This document shows, piece by piece, positions 9,846 to 19,418 of a DNA stretch of 64,000 nucleotides. The stretch is from an uncultured Alphaproteobacteria bacterium (lineage in GTDB: Bacteria; Pseudomonadota; Alphaproteobacteria; CAAHEQ01; UBA3637): NCBI GenBank assembly GCA_934216505.1, contig CAKQBW010000001.1:85788-149787 (forward strand), in the 5' to 3' direction. The notes beneath the pieces were generated by a model. That model made no database searches. It saw only the letters and a program-made list of their open reading frames with translations, and was not told the origin of the DNA. The position numbers were made by a program, and so were the translations under genes. How positions within the stretch are numbered: the first letter of the stretch is position 1; every line of letters starts with the position of its first letter.

Positions 9846-9846
9846 T

Positions 9847-10125
9847 TTATTTTTGATTTAATGCGTTTAAAACGGATTTTCCTGCTTTGAATAAGGGAAC
9901 ATTTTTTTCTTGAACTAAAACTTGAGCTCCAGTCTTCGGGTTTCTACCCATTCTTGCCTTTCTCGTACGAGGATAAAAAACACCAAATTTTCTGAGTTCA
10001 ACACGTCCCCCCTTCATCAAAGTTGTTTTGATTTCATCAAAAATAACCTCTATTACCATTTTGGCATTTTTTTTGCTTAAATCAGTTTTATCAGATAATT
10101 TATTAATGAGTTCAGATTTAATCAT
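9847..10125 (-). CDS. ihfB: integration host factor subunit beta (HU/IHF family)
   Basis: ELRKFGVF…GRNPKTG…VPLFKAGK matches the IHF-beta consensus. Confidence 0.7.
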   Translation of the reverse strand: MIKSELINKLSDKTDLSKKNAKMVIEVIFDEIKTTLMKGGRVELRKFGVFYPRTRKARMGRNPKTGAQVLVQEKNVPLFKAGKSVLNALNQK

Positions 10126-10149
10126 TTTCTTCTCCTTGTTAAGGGTATT

Positions 10150-11040
10150 CTATTGTTTTTTGAAAGATTTGTCAAGAGATGAATTCATTGCCTGAGCCCC
10201 TGACACAATGTCAATCAATTCATTTGTGATTTGATTTTGCCGTTCTTGTTGATAAATAAGGTCCAATTGAGCCAACTTTTTTTCAATGTTTTTTTCGGCT
10301 TGTTGCATATGAAGCATACGAATATAGTGTTCGCAGGCCAAACTACTGGTTAAAGCCTGAACCAAAAAAACAATTAAGTATTCTTGAGAAAGAGCCGAAA
10401 AAAGACTTTCGTTTTCGGGGTTAATAAGGGGAAGCATGCGCCCCGACCAAGGTGTTTCTTTGAGTTGTTTTAAGATTTCTTCAGAAAAAGGGAGTAATTG
10501 TAATTTTTGTGGTTGGAAAGAGTTGTTTTCTTTTTTGTTATAAAAAAGGAGGACTTTTTCAAAACTATCGGCAGAAATAAGTTGATTTACTTTTGTTAAA
10601 ATAGTATCGGCCAAAGAAGAAATTTCACTGAGTGTATTTGAGTTTGAATAGGAAAAATCAGGTTTTAATCCCTTTGAAAAAAAAGAAGTGCTCAATCTTT
10701 TACCGATAGTGATGAGTTTCATGGAAGCCAGAGGGGATTCTTTTTTAACCTCTTGAACCAATTCCCAATTAAAGCGTCCCACTAATCCATTGTCTGATCC
10801 AATGACAATAACCAATGTTTTTCCTGATTTTTGATGATTGCTTGTGTTGGGTAAAGAAAAAAACTCTTGACGAAATAGCCCTTGAAAAGCAAGACTAATC
10901 GTTTGGGTGTATTGATTTAATGAAACCAATGCTTTTTCGTATTGCCCTACACTGACAGAGGACAACAACTTCATTGTGGTCACAATACCATATAAATCAT
11001 TCGTTGTTTTAATTCTTTTTTTTAATACTTCCTGAGTCAT
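10150..11040 (-). CDS. atpG: ATP synthase gamma subunit (N-ATPase-type operon)
   Basis: 296 aa, gamma-family. Last gene of the atpDCQRBEFAG run. Confidence 0.75.
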   Translation of the reverse strand: MTQEVLKKRIKTTNDLYGIVTTMKLLSSVSVGQYEKALVSLNQYTQTISLAFQGLFRQEFFSLPNTSNHQKSGKTLVIVIGSDNGLVGRFNWELVQEVKKESPLASMKLITIGKRLSTSFFSKGLKPDFSYSNSNTLSEISSLADTILTKVNQLISADSFEKVLLFYNKKENNSFQPQKLQLLPFSEEILKQLKETPWSGRMLPLINPENESLFSALSQEYLIVFLVQALTSSLACEHYIRMLHMQQAEKNIEKKLAQLDLIYQQERQNQITNELIDIVSGAQAMNSSLDKSFKKQ

Positions 11041-12563
11041 TTTTCAAAAGGCAGTCCTTTTTTAATAAATTCTTTTTGAAAGACATCTAACATCTTTCTT
11101 TTTTGTTCATCGGTTATTTTTTCCCGTTTGAGGATATGGTGAGAAATATCCGAAAATTTACCCATCATCAGTTGATGAATTACCTCTTGTGCTTTCAAAA
11201 TTTGTTTTTCGTCCATTTGGTCCAACAATCCTTCGTTCAAGGCCATAAACAAACCGATTTGCGTTATTGCATCAACAGGAAAGTATTGCCTTTGGGTGAG
11301 GGCTGAACGAATAGCCTGACCTCTTTTTAACTTCATTAAAGTGGTCTTATCCATTTGCATGCCAAACTTTGAAAAAGATTCTAATTCTTCAAATTGGGCA
11401 TAAAATAGTTTTAAAGGACCAATTAAGGACCGATAAGCAGGCAGTTGGGCTTCTCCGCCCACACGGGAAACAGATCGCCCTGTGTCAATGGCTGGCATAA
11501 TGCCTTTTTGATACAGGTCATTGGACAGGTAAATTTGTCCATCTGTGATTGAAATGACATTCGTTGGAATATAGGCCGATATGTTGCCAGCTTCAGTCAG
11601 AACAATAGGTAGGGCTGTTAAAGAGCCCCCCCCAAATTTGGGGCGTAAATGAGTGGCCCGTTCCAATAATCTAGAGTGTAAGTAAAAAATATCCCCAGGA
11701 AAGGCTTCTCGGCCAGGAGGCGTTTTTAACAACAGCGACATTTGACGATAAGTTTGAGCATGGGCTGTTAAATCGTCATAAACAACCAAGACATCTTTTC
11801 CTTGATGCATAAAGTATTCTCCAATAGCTGTTGCCGAATAAGGGGCGATGTACTGCATCCCCGCTTCTTCATCACCACTGGCAATGACAACAACGCTTTG
11901 AGTGAGCATATCGTGTTCCTCTAAAGTATGAATGACACGGGCTGTATTACTTTGTCTTTGTCCGATGGCACAGTAAATACAAATAACGCCTGTTTCTTTT
12001 TGGTTTAAAATCGTATCCAAAGCGATGGCGGTTTTTCCAGTTTGTCTATCGCCCAAAATTAATTCCCGTTGTCCGCGTCCAATAGGAGTAAAGCAATCTA
12101 TGGCCTTAATTCCTGTTTGTAAGGGGGTATCCACAGGCGCACGCATCATAATTTCAGGGGCAGGGTGTTCTATTTCAGAAAACTCTTTTGTTAAAACTTT
12201 CCCCTTTTTATCCAAAGGTTCCCCTAATGGATTGATGATGCGTCCCAAAAGAGCGTTGCCCACGGGAATACTTAAAACTTGATGTGTTTGGGTTGCTTTA
12301 TCGCCCGCCTTTAAATTTTGGGAGTTTTTTAAAAACACAATGCCGACACTTTCCTCATTCAGGTTATGCACCATCGCAATAGCCTCATTTTTAAAATGGA
12401 GTAATTCGTTCAATTTGACTTCGCTGAGCCCTGAAACCAAGGCGGTTCCTGCGGCCATAGATAAAATTTCATTGTTTTCTTTTACTTTCAGGGAAAAAGA
12501 AGTTTTCTTGATGGCTTCCGTTGTGATTTTTTTTGCTGTTTCAGACACACTTTTTTTCATCAT
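11037..12563 (-). CDS. atpA: ATP synthase alpha subunit
   Basis: Walker A GDRQTGKT and the alpha-subunit signature. Confidence 0.9.
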   Translation of the reverse strand: MMKKSVSETAKKITTEAIKKTSFSLKVKENNEILSMAAGTALVSGLSEVKLNELLHFKNEAIAMVHNLNEESVGIVFLKNSQNLKAGDKATQTHQVLSIPVGNALLGRIINPLGEPLDKKGKVLTKEFSEIEHPAPEIMMRAPVDTPLQTGIKAIDCFTPIGRGQRELILGDRQTGKTAIALDTILNQKETGVICIYCAIGQRQSNTARVIHTLEEHDMLTQSVVVIASGDEEAGMQYIAPYSATAIGEYFMHQGKDVLVVYDDLTAHAQTYRQMSLLLKTPPGREAFPGDIFYLHSRLLERATHLRPKFGGGSLTALPIVLTEAGNISAYIPTNVISITDGQIYLSNDLYQKGIMPAIDTGRSVSRVGGEAQLPAYRSLIGPLKLFYAQFEELESFSKFGMQMDKTTLMKLKRGQAIRSALTQRQYFPVDAITQIGLFMALNEGLLDQMDEKQILKAQEVIHQLMMGKFSDISHHILKREKITDEQKRKMLDVFQKEFIKKGLPFEK

Positions 12564-13339
12564 TACTCCTTCACAGACTCATTTTGCATTAGAGAAGAAT
12601 TTAAATTTTGGCCCAATTCATCAAAATAATTTTGAATGGACCAATCAATAGTGATAGCATTGATACATAATTCTATACCAAAAATCAAATCTTCTCTTGT
12701 TTGATATTTTATTTGACATTTTACGGGAAATAAAAACTCTTTTTTCAAAAAAGAAGATATTTTATTTTTCTGATTATTTGTTAAATCTTTAGATGAATTA
12801 ACAAAAACAACCTTTTGATTTTTCAATGAATTATTTAGTCTATTCTTCTCTTTTTTTGTTAAGGCAGAACACTTATCCATAAATAGGTCCAAAATCCTAT
12901 CTATAGGTGTTTCTTCCGTTAAAGTTGTTAGAACTTTTTCCGAAATGTTCAAAAAATCCTGACAGATGGTATGCAGGGTTTCTGATTTCAGTTGCTGTTC
13001 TTCTTCTTTTACAGTTTCTAAAGACTTTTGACGCAGCAAATTGATTTGCTCTTTCAGGTGCGTCATTTCTTTGAGACGTACCTTTTTGATTTCATCGGCC
13101 AACGCTTGTTTTTGTTGTTGCTCAAAAACTTCATATCTTTCTTTTTCTTTTTTCAAATCAAGCGACATCTTATCCACTTCTTTTGTTTTTAAAGAAACAG
13201 ATTGGATTTCTTGATTGATTTCATCTTGACGCTTTTGAATTATCCGTAAAACAGGGTGGTACAGAAATCGTTTTAATATCCATACCAAAACGAACAAATT
13301 TACAATTTGCGCAAAAAATGTCATTGGGTCTATCCCCAT
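12563..13339 (-). CDS. atpF: ATP synthase subunit b, unusually long (258 aa), possibly with a delta-like C-terminal extension
   Basis: N-terminal TM helix plus a long coiled coil. No separate delta gene exists in the operon. The C-terminal ~60 aa are non-coiled and only weakly delta/OSCP-like. Confidence 0.6.
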   Translation of the reverse strand: MGIDPMTFFAQIVNLFVLVWILKRFLYHPVLRIIQKRQDEINQEIQSVSLKTKEVDKMSLDLKKEKERYEVFEQQQKQALADEIKKVRLKEMTHLKEQINLLRQKSLETVKEEEQQLKSETLHTICQDFLNISEKVLTTLTEETPIDRILDLFMDKCSALTKKEKNRLNNSLKNQKVVFVNSSKDLTNNQKNKISSFLKKEFLFPVKCQIKYQTREDLIFGIELCINAITIDWSIQNYFDELGQNLNSSLMQNESVKE

Positions 13340-13348
13340 TTTATCTCC

Positions 13349-13627
13349 TTATTTTGCTGCGTTTTCAATGACATAATTCCAAAAAGGATTGGCGTATAAA
13401 ATTAAAACAGTAATCACGAAAGAATAAATCGCGGTTGATTCAATCATTGCCATTGAAACGAACAAAGTCCGTGTAATATTGGAAGACTCATCAGGTTGTT
13501 GTGCCATCGCCTTTAAAGCATTGGCCGCTGCATTTCCTTCTCCTAATCCCGCAGAAATGCCCCCAATGGCAATACATAACGCTGCCGAAAAAACAGAAAC
13601 AGCACCAATTAAAGAAATTCCGTCCAT
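13349..13627 (-). CDS. atpE: ATP synthase c subunit with Na+-binding signature
   Basis: Two-helix hairpin. Helix 1 has GLGEG (Glu where H+ rings have Q or other residues). Helix 2 has ESTAIY (E, S, T and Y ligands as in Na+-binding c-rings). Confidence 0.8.
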   Translation of the reverse strand: MDGISLIGAVSVFSAALCIAIGGISAGLGEGNAAANALKAMAQQPDESSNITRTLFVSMAMIESTAIYSFVITVLILYANPFWNYVIENAAK

Positions 13628-13628
13628 T

Positions 13629-14327
13629 TTAATTCTCCTTTGTTGTATCGGTTATTGTTTGAAAAGGCTTTTGTGGGGCTACTGCCGATACATATACAAT
13701 AGCCAAAAGCGCAAAGATGTAGGCTTGAATCGTCCCTGTAATTAACCCTAATAATTGCATGGGGAGAGGGACGAGAAAAGGAACAAGCATAAGTAAAACA
13801 CTGGAAATAACCGCCCCGCTTAAAACATTTCCATACAAACGAAACGCCAAGGAAAAGCATGATGAAAAATCACTGATAATGTTCATCGGAGCCATCACAG
13901 GAGTGGGTTCAATAAATTTTTTAAAATACCCTTTTACGCCTCCGTTTTTGATGCCGTAATAAGGAATAGCAAAAAAAACACAGCAAGAAAAAGCAACAGT
14001 GGTGGTCAAACTGCCTGTGGGGGATTTAAACCAAGGAATAATAGATAACAAATTACACATTGCAATGAAAAAGAAAAATGTCCCGATAATCGCCATATAT
14101 TTGATGGGATTATCGCCAGAAACCTCTTTGATTTGATTTTCTATGGCTGATACAATCATTTCCAATAAAACTTGGGTTTTCCCTGGATTATGCGTTTTTA
14201 AACGGGCCGTCAGGACATAACAAAAAACGAAAAGCAAAAACATGACAATCCAAGTATAAAAAACGGTCGCATTGATATCCAATGTGGCAAGAGAAAATAA
14301 AATTGTCTTATCCAAATTTTCTACCAT
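13629..14327 (-). CDS. atpB: ATP synthase a subunit
   Basis: Polytopic membrane protein with the a-subunit conserved Arg region (LAFRLYGNV). Confidence 0.8.
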   Translation of the reverse strand: MVENLDKTILFSLATLDINATVFYTWIVMFLLFVFCYVLTARLKTHNPGKTQVLLEMIVSAIENQIKEVSGDNPIKYMAIIGTFFFFIAMCNLLSIIPWFKSPTGSLTTTVAFSCCVFFAIPYYGIKNGGVKGYFKKFIEPTPVMAPMNIISDFSSCFSLAFRLYGNVLSGAVISSVLLMLVPFLVPLPMQLLGLITGTIQAYIFALLAIVYVSAVAPQKPFQTITDTTKEN

Positions 14328-14621
14328 TTATTTCACTTTCCCCTTTTTGACTTTGAACACGAAAATAGAGCGCATAACCATAAATCCCAAGATAAAAGGC
14401 AACAATTTCATCATTTCCCATTTCGTTAAAATAAAAGTAATTAAAACGAATAACCCCAGCCTTATTATTGTTGTTAAAAATAAATAGACGCCTTTTTTAT
14501 TGATGGTATTCAATTTCTTGACAGATGCCAACAACAACAGACAATAACCATACCCTACGGCGGCACCCAGTAAAATAAATTCCAAAAGAAGGGATAAAGA
14601 AATGTCAATGCTTTTTGTCAT
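14328..14621 (-). CDS. atpR: AtpR-like small membrane protein of N-ATPase operons
   Basis: 97 aa with two TM helices, each containing an Arg (IIRLGLFV, MVMRSIFV). It sits between atpQ and atpB. Confidence 0.6.
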   Translation of the reverse strand: MTKSIDISLSLLLEFILLGAAVGYGYCLLLLASVKKLNTINKKGVYLFLTTIIRLGLFVLITFILTKWEMMKLLPFILGFMVMRSIFVFKVKKGKVK

Positions 14622-14911
14622 TTTTCCCCTTTGTTATTTGAAAGGATCTTTTTAGCCATATATTGGCGTTAATTAAACCGATAATAAATCCCAAAATAAT
14701 GAAATTTAACTGCCACGAAAGTAAGTCATGAGGAAACAGATGATCCAGATAAGACCCCAACAAAATGCCCCCTAAAACAGGCAAAGCCACCTGAAATCCA
14801 TAAATACTAATCACAGATGCATTATAAAAGAAAGTGCGTGATTTTCGTTTTTGACGATACTCTGTTTTCTTAATCAGTTGAGATTCTGTGCGTTTAAGAT
14901 GTTTTTGTAAA

Positions 14912-14919
<8 letters not shown>
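14605..14919 (-). CDS. atpQ: AtpQ / AtpI-like membrane protein of N-ATPase operons
   Basis: 104-aa hydrophobic protein between atpC and atpR. Confidence 0.55.
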
Positions 14920-16737
<1,818 letters not shown>

Positions 16738-16767
16738 TCAAAAGAGTCAAGGAAAAAAAATATCAAT

Positions 16768-16796
16768 TTGACAAAAATAGGTTTTAGGTGTATAAT
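16768..16796 (+). promoter_or_regulatory. consensus sigma70 promoter (TTGACA-17-TATAAT) for ppnK; predicted leaderless or very short-leader transcript
   Basis: TTGACA at 16768-73 and TATAAT at 16791-96. The first plausible ATG (16804) is only 7 nt past the -10, with no SD. Confidence 0.6.
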
Positions 16797-16803
16797 TATT
16801 TCT

Positions 16804-17553
16804 ATGAAAAAGGCTCCTTTTAAAATAAATTTTTATCTTGGAAAAGAACAAGCACAAGATGCTTGCACTTTTTGTCAACAACGCTATGGACAATCTGATT
16901 TAAATCAAGCTGAAGTGCAAGTTGTTTTGGGGGGCGATGGGTCTATTTTAACGGCTTTAAAAGAGCAAATTAAATTAGGTGTAAATATTCCTATTTTTGG
17001 ATTAAATTATGGTTCCAAAGGTTGGCTGGCTAATGATGGGGCAATCAATGATTTATATCGGCGTATTCAACAGGCACAAAAGCAAGTGATTACACCCCTT
17101 CAAATTACCCTGACCTCCACAGTTGATGGAAAAAGGAAAGTGGCCTATGCTTTTAACGAATTTTCTGTTTTGCGTTCTTCGCCTCAGGCGGTGCATTTGC
17201 CTCTTGTCTTACAAGATGAAAAAATGAAATTTCATCTGTATTTAGAAGGCGATGGTGTTATTATGGCGACCCCAATGGGGAGTAATGCTTATTATGCGAC
17301 AATGGGGGGGAAGCCATTGGATATGTCGCAAAAAGCTATGTTGGTCCGTTCTATTAATGCGGTGAAGCCCTTTGATTTATTGATGTCAGAAAAAACGAAG
17401 TTAGGAATTGGTAAATATCAAGGTGAAAAAAGACCGATGATGGTAGAAGGTGATGGAGAAAGAATTGAAAATGTCTCTCGGGCCGTTGTCCGTTATGCCT
17501 TTGATAAAAGAAAAACACTTCTTTTTGATGCCTGTCGTAAGAGGCAACGTTAA
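16804..17553 (+). CDS. ppnK: NAD+ kinase
   Basis: GGDGSIL motif and NEFSV region. The ORF-track start at 16768 overlaps the promoter, so the MKKAPFK start at 16804 is preferred. Confidence 0.8.
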   Translation: MKKAPFKINFYLGKEQAQDACTFCQQRYGQSDLNQAEVQVVLGGDGSILTALKEQIKLGVNIPIFGLNYGSKGWLANDGAINDLYRRIQQAQKQVITPLQITLTSTVDGKRKVAYAFNEFSVLRSSPQAVHLPLVLQDEKMKFHLYLEGDGVIMATPMGSNAYYATMGGKPLDMSQKAMLVRSINAVKPFDLLMSEKTKLGIGKYQGEKRPMMVEGDGERIENVSRAVVRYAFDKRKTLLFDACRKRQR

Positions 17554-18215
17554 TCGTATAACTGATTTTGGTTAGTGCACTGACTGTCAATGGCGATGTC
17601 AAATTCGGCGGCGCAGCATATATCGTCTAACTGGGAAGAAAAATGTGTATCCGAATAATTGGCCACATAATGACAGCACCCTCCTTTTCCATCAGCATAG
17701 GGAGTGTTTTCGTGACATTCACATGTTTTATCTCCCGCTTCACAAGGCGTGCATTGATTATCCTTTAAATAGTTTCCCGCCTGACAGACAGGACTTTTCT
17801 TTTCGTTGAGGTCAATGTTATAGTACAGTTCGGTACAATCGTTATTTGTTCCTTGAATTAAAGCACTTCCAGTGATGATTTCTTTTATTTGCTGGCAAAC
17901 TTTTGGTTTTGGTTGAGATAAAGTGAGTTGAAATTGGCTTTTGTTGATTTTTTGCGCCCCTAGGAAAAACTCATTTTCTTCCGTAAATTCACTCAAAGAA
18001 AGAGGGCGATTTTCTTGAATTTGGGTGGAAATGACTAGAGCCCGTTGATTGGCTTGATTTAAGATATTTTCGGCTTTATTCTTGTCTAAAATAAGATAAT
18101 AACAAAGAATGGCAGTAATTGCCAAAATAATAATGACAAAGAAAACAGCGACAACCTCTAATTTTGTTGCGCCGAATTCCCAAAATTTTTTATTCTTTCT
18201 TTGAGTGTTTACCAT
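17550..18215 (-). CDS. type IV prepilin-like Cys-rich protein, paralog C of the family at 39.7 and 42.8 kb
   Basis: N-terminus KKFWEFG|ATKLEVVAVFFVIIILAI (Gly, Glu at +5, hydrophobic helix). Shares the RAxVxSTQIQ and VCxQ(I/M)K…GxxNDCT(E/T) blocks with the other two paralogs. The C-terminal half has at least 12 Cys. Confidence 0.5.
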   Translation of the reverse strand: MVNTQRKNKKFWEFGATKLEVVAVFFVIIILAITAILCYYLILDKNKAENILNQANQRALVISTQIQENRPLSLSEFTEENEFFLGAQKINKSQFQLTLSQPKPKVCQQIKEIITGSALIQGTNNDCTELYYNIDLNEKKSPVCQAGNYLKDNQCTPCEAGDKTCECHENTPYADGKGGCCHYVANYSDTHFSSQLDDICCAAEFDIAIDSQCTNQNQLYD

Positions 18216-18347
18216 TGTTTGCTCCTTGATATTCCCTTTTATCTATTTTTGAAAATCTTGTCAAGATTTTTTTTAGTATGGCAAAATTATTTCTTGATTT
18301 TTATGACATATTTTAGTAGAATGAACTTATTTAACAAGGAGAAGGGT

Positions 18348-19418
18348 ATGCAAGAAAAATTATCCCAAATTAAAGAAAATGTTTTGCCTGTGCTTGAACA
18401 GGCGAAAACTTTGTCGGATTTAGAATCAATTCGCGTGAGTGTTGTTGGAAAAAATGGCTCTCTAACAGGGTTGATGAAAGAGTTGGGGGGGCTTTCTATT
18501 GAGGATAAAAAGACTTTTGGGGCGATGGTCAATCAATTCAAAAGCGAATTAATGAAGAAGATTGAAGAAAAAAAAGCCGTTTTAGAAGAGGCTGAATTAA
18601 ACCAAAAGTTGCAATCTGAATCTGTGGATGTGAGTTTGCCTTGTCGTCCTGAACATATGGGACGCATTCACCCCATTGCTCAAACGATTGAAGAGGTTTT
18701 AACTATCTTTGCTCAAATGGGATTTGATTTGGCGGAAGGACCTGATATAGAAGACGATTGGCATAATTTTGAAGCTTTGAATTTACCTAAAGCGCATCCC
18801 GCTCGTCAAATGCAAGCGACTTTCTTTTTTGACAATAAAAATATGCTTCGGACTCAAACTTCTGGGGTACAAATTCGGACAATGGAAAATAAAAAGCCAC
18901 CTATTAAAATTGTGTGTCCTGGACGGACTTATCGTCGTGATTATGACGCAACCCATACGCCGATGTTCCATCAAATAGAGGGCTTAGTTATTGATGAAAA
19001 AGCGAATTTGGCGAACCTTAAATCTGTTTTAGTAGAATTCTTTAAACTCTTTTTTGAGACAGAGGATGTTAAGGTAAGATTCAGACCTTCTTACTTCCCC
19101 TTCACGGAACCTTCTTATGAAATGGATTTAGGGGGTGTGTTGGCTCGTAATGTTGGCAAAGAATGGCTGGAATTATTGGGGTGTGGCATTGTGGATCCAC
19201 GTGTTTTGGAAAATTGTCATCTTGACCCGAAGAAATACCAAGGATTTGCCTTTGGTATCGGTTTGGACCGTTTGGCCATGATGAAGTATGGAGTGAAAGA
19301 TTTGCGTCCCATGTTTGAAGGGGATATGAAATGGATTAAACATTATGGGTTCTTACCTTTGGATATTCCCACAATCACAAGCGGACTTTCTTGTAATGGA
19401 GGTAAAAAATGCGATTAA
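18348..19418 (+). CDS. pheS: phenylalanine--tRNA ligase alpha subunit
   Basis: Class II motifs (FRPSYFPFTEPS, GFAFGIGLDRLAMM). The ATG at 18348 has an AAGGAGAAGG RBS; the ORF-track start at 18201 is upstream of the usual N-terminus. Confidence 0.85.
   Translation: MQEKLSQIKENVLPVLEQAKTLSDLESIRVSVVGKNGSLTGLMKELGGLSIEDKKTFGAMVNQFKSELMKKIEEKKAVLEEAELNQKLQSESVDVSLPCRPEHMGRIHPIAQTIEEVLTIFAQMGFDLAEGPDIEDDWHNFEALNLPKAHPARQMQATFFFDNKNMLRTQTSGVQIRTMENKKPPIKIVCPGRTYRRDYDATHTPMFHQIEGLVIDEKANLANLKSVLVEFFKLFFETEDVKVRFRPSYFPFTEPSYEMDLGGVLARNVGKEWLELLGCGIVDPRVLENCHLDPKKYQGFAFGIGLDRLAMMKYGVKDLRPMFEGDMKWIKHYGFLPLDIPTITSGLSCNGGKKCD

Noticed and set aside
12025-12651. Plus-strand ORFs (85 and 103 aa) antisense to atpA and atpF
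   Set aside because: Same reasoning: shadow ORFs within strongly supported ATP synthase genes.
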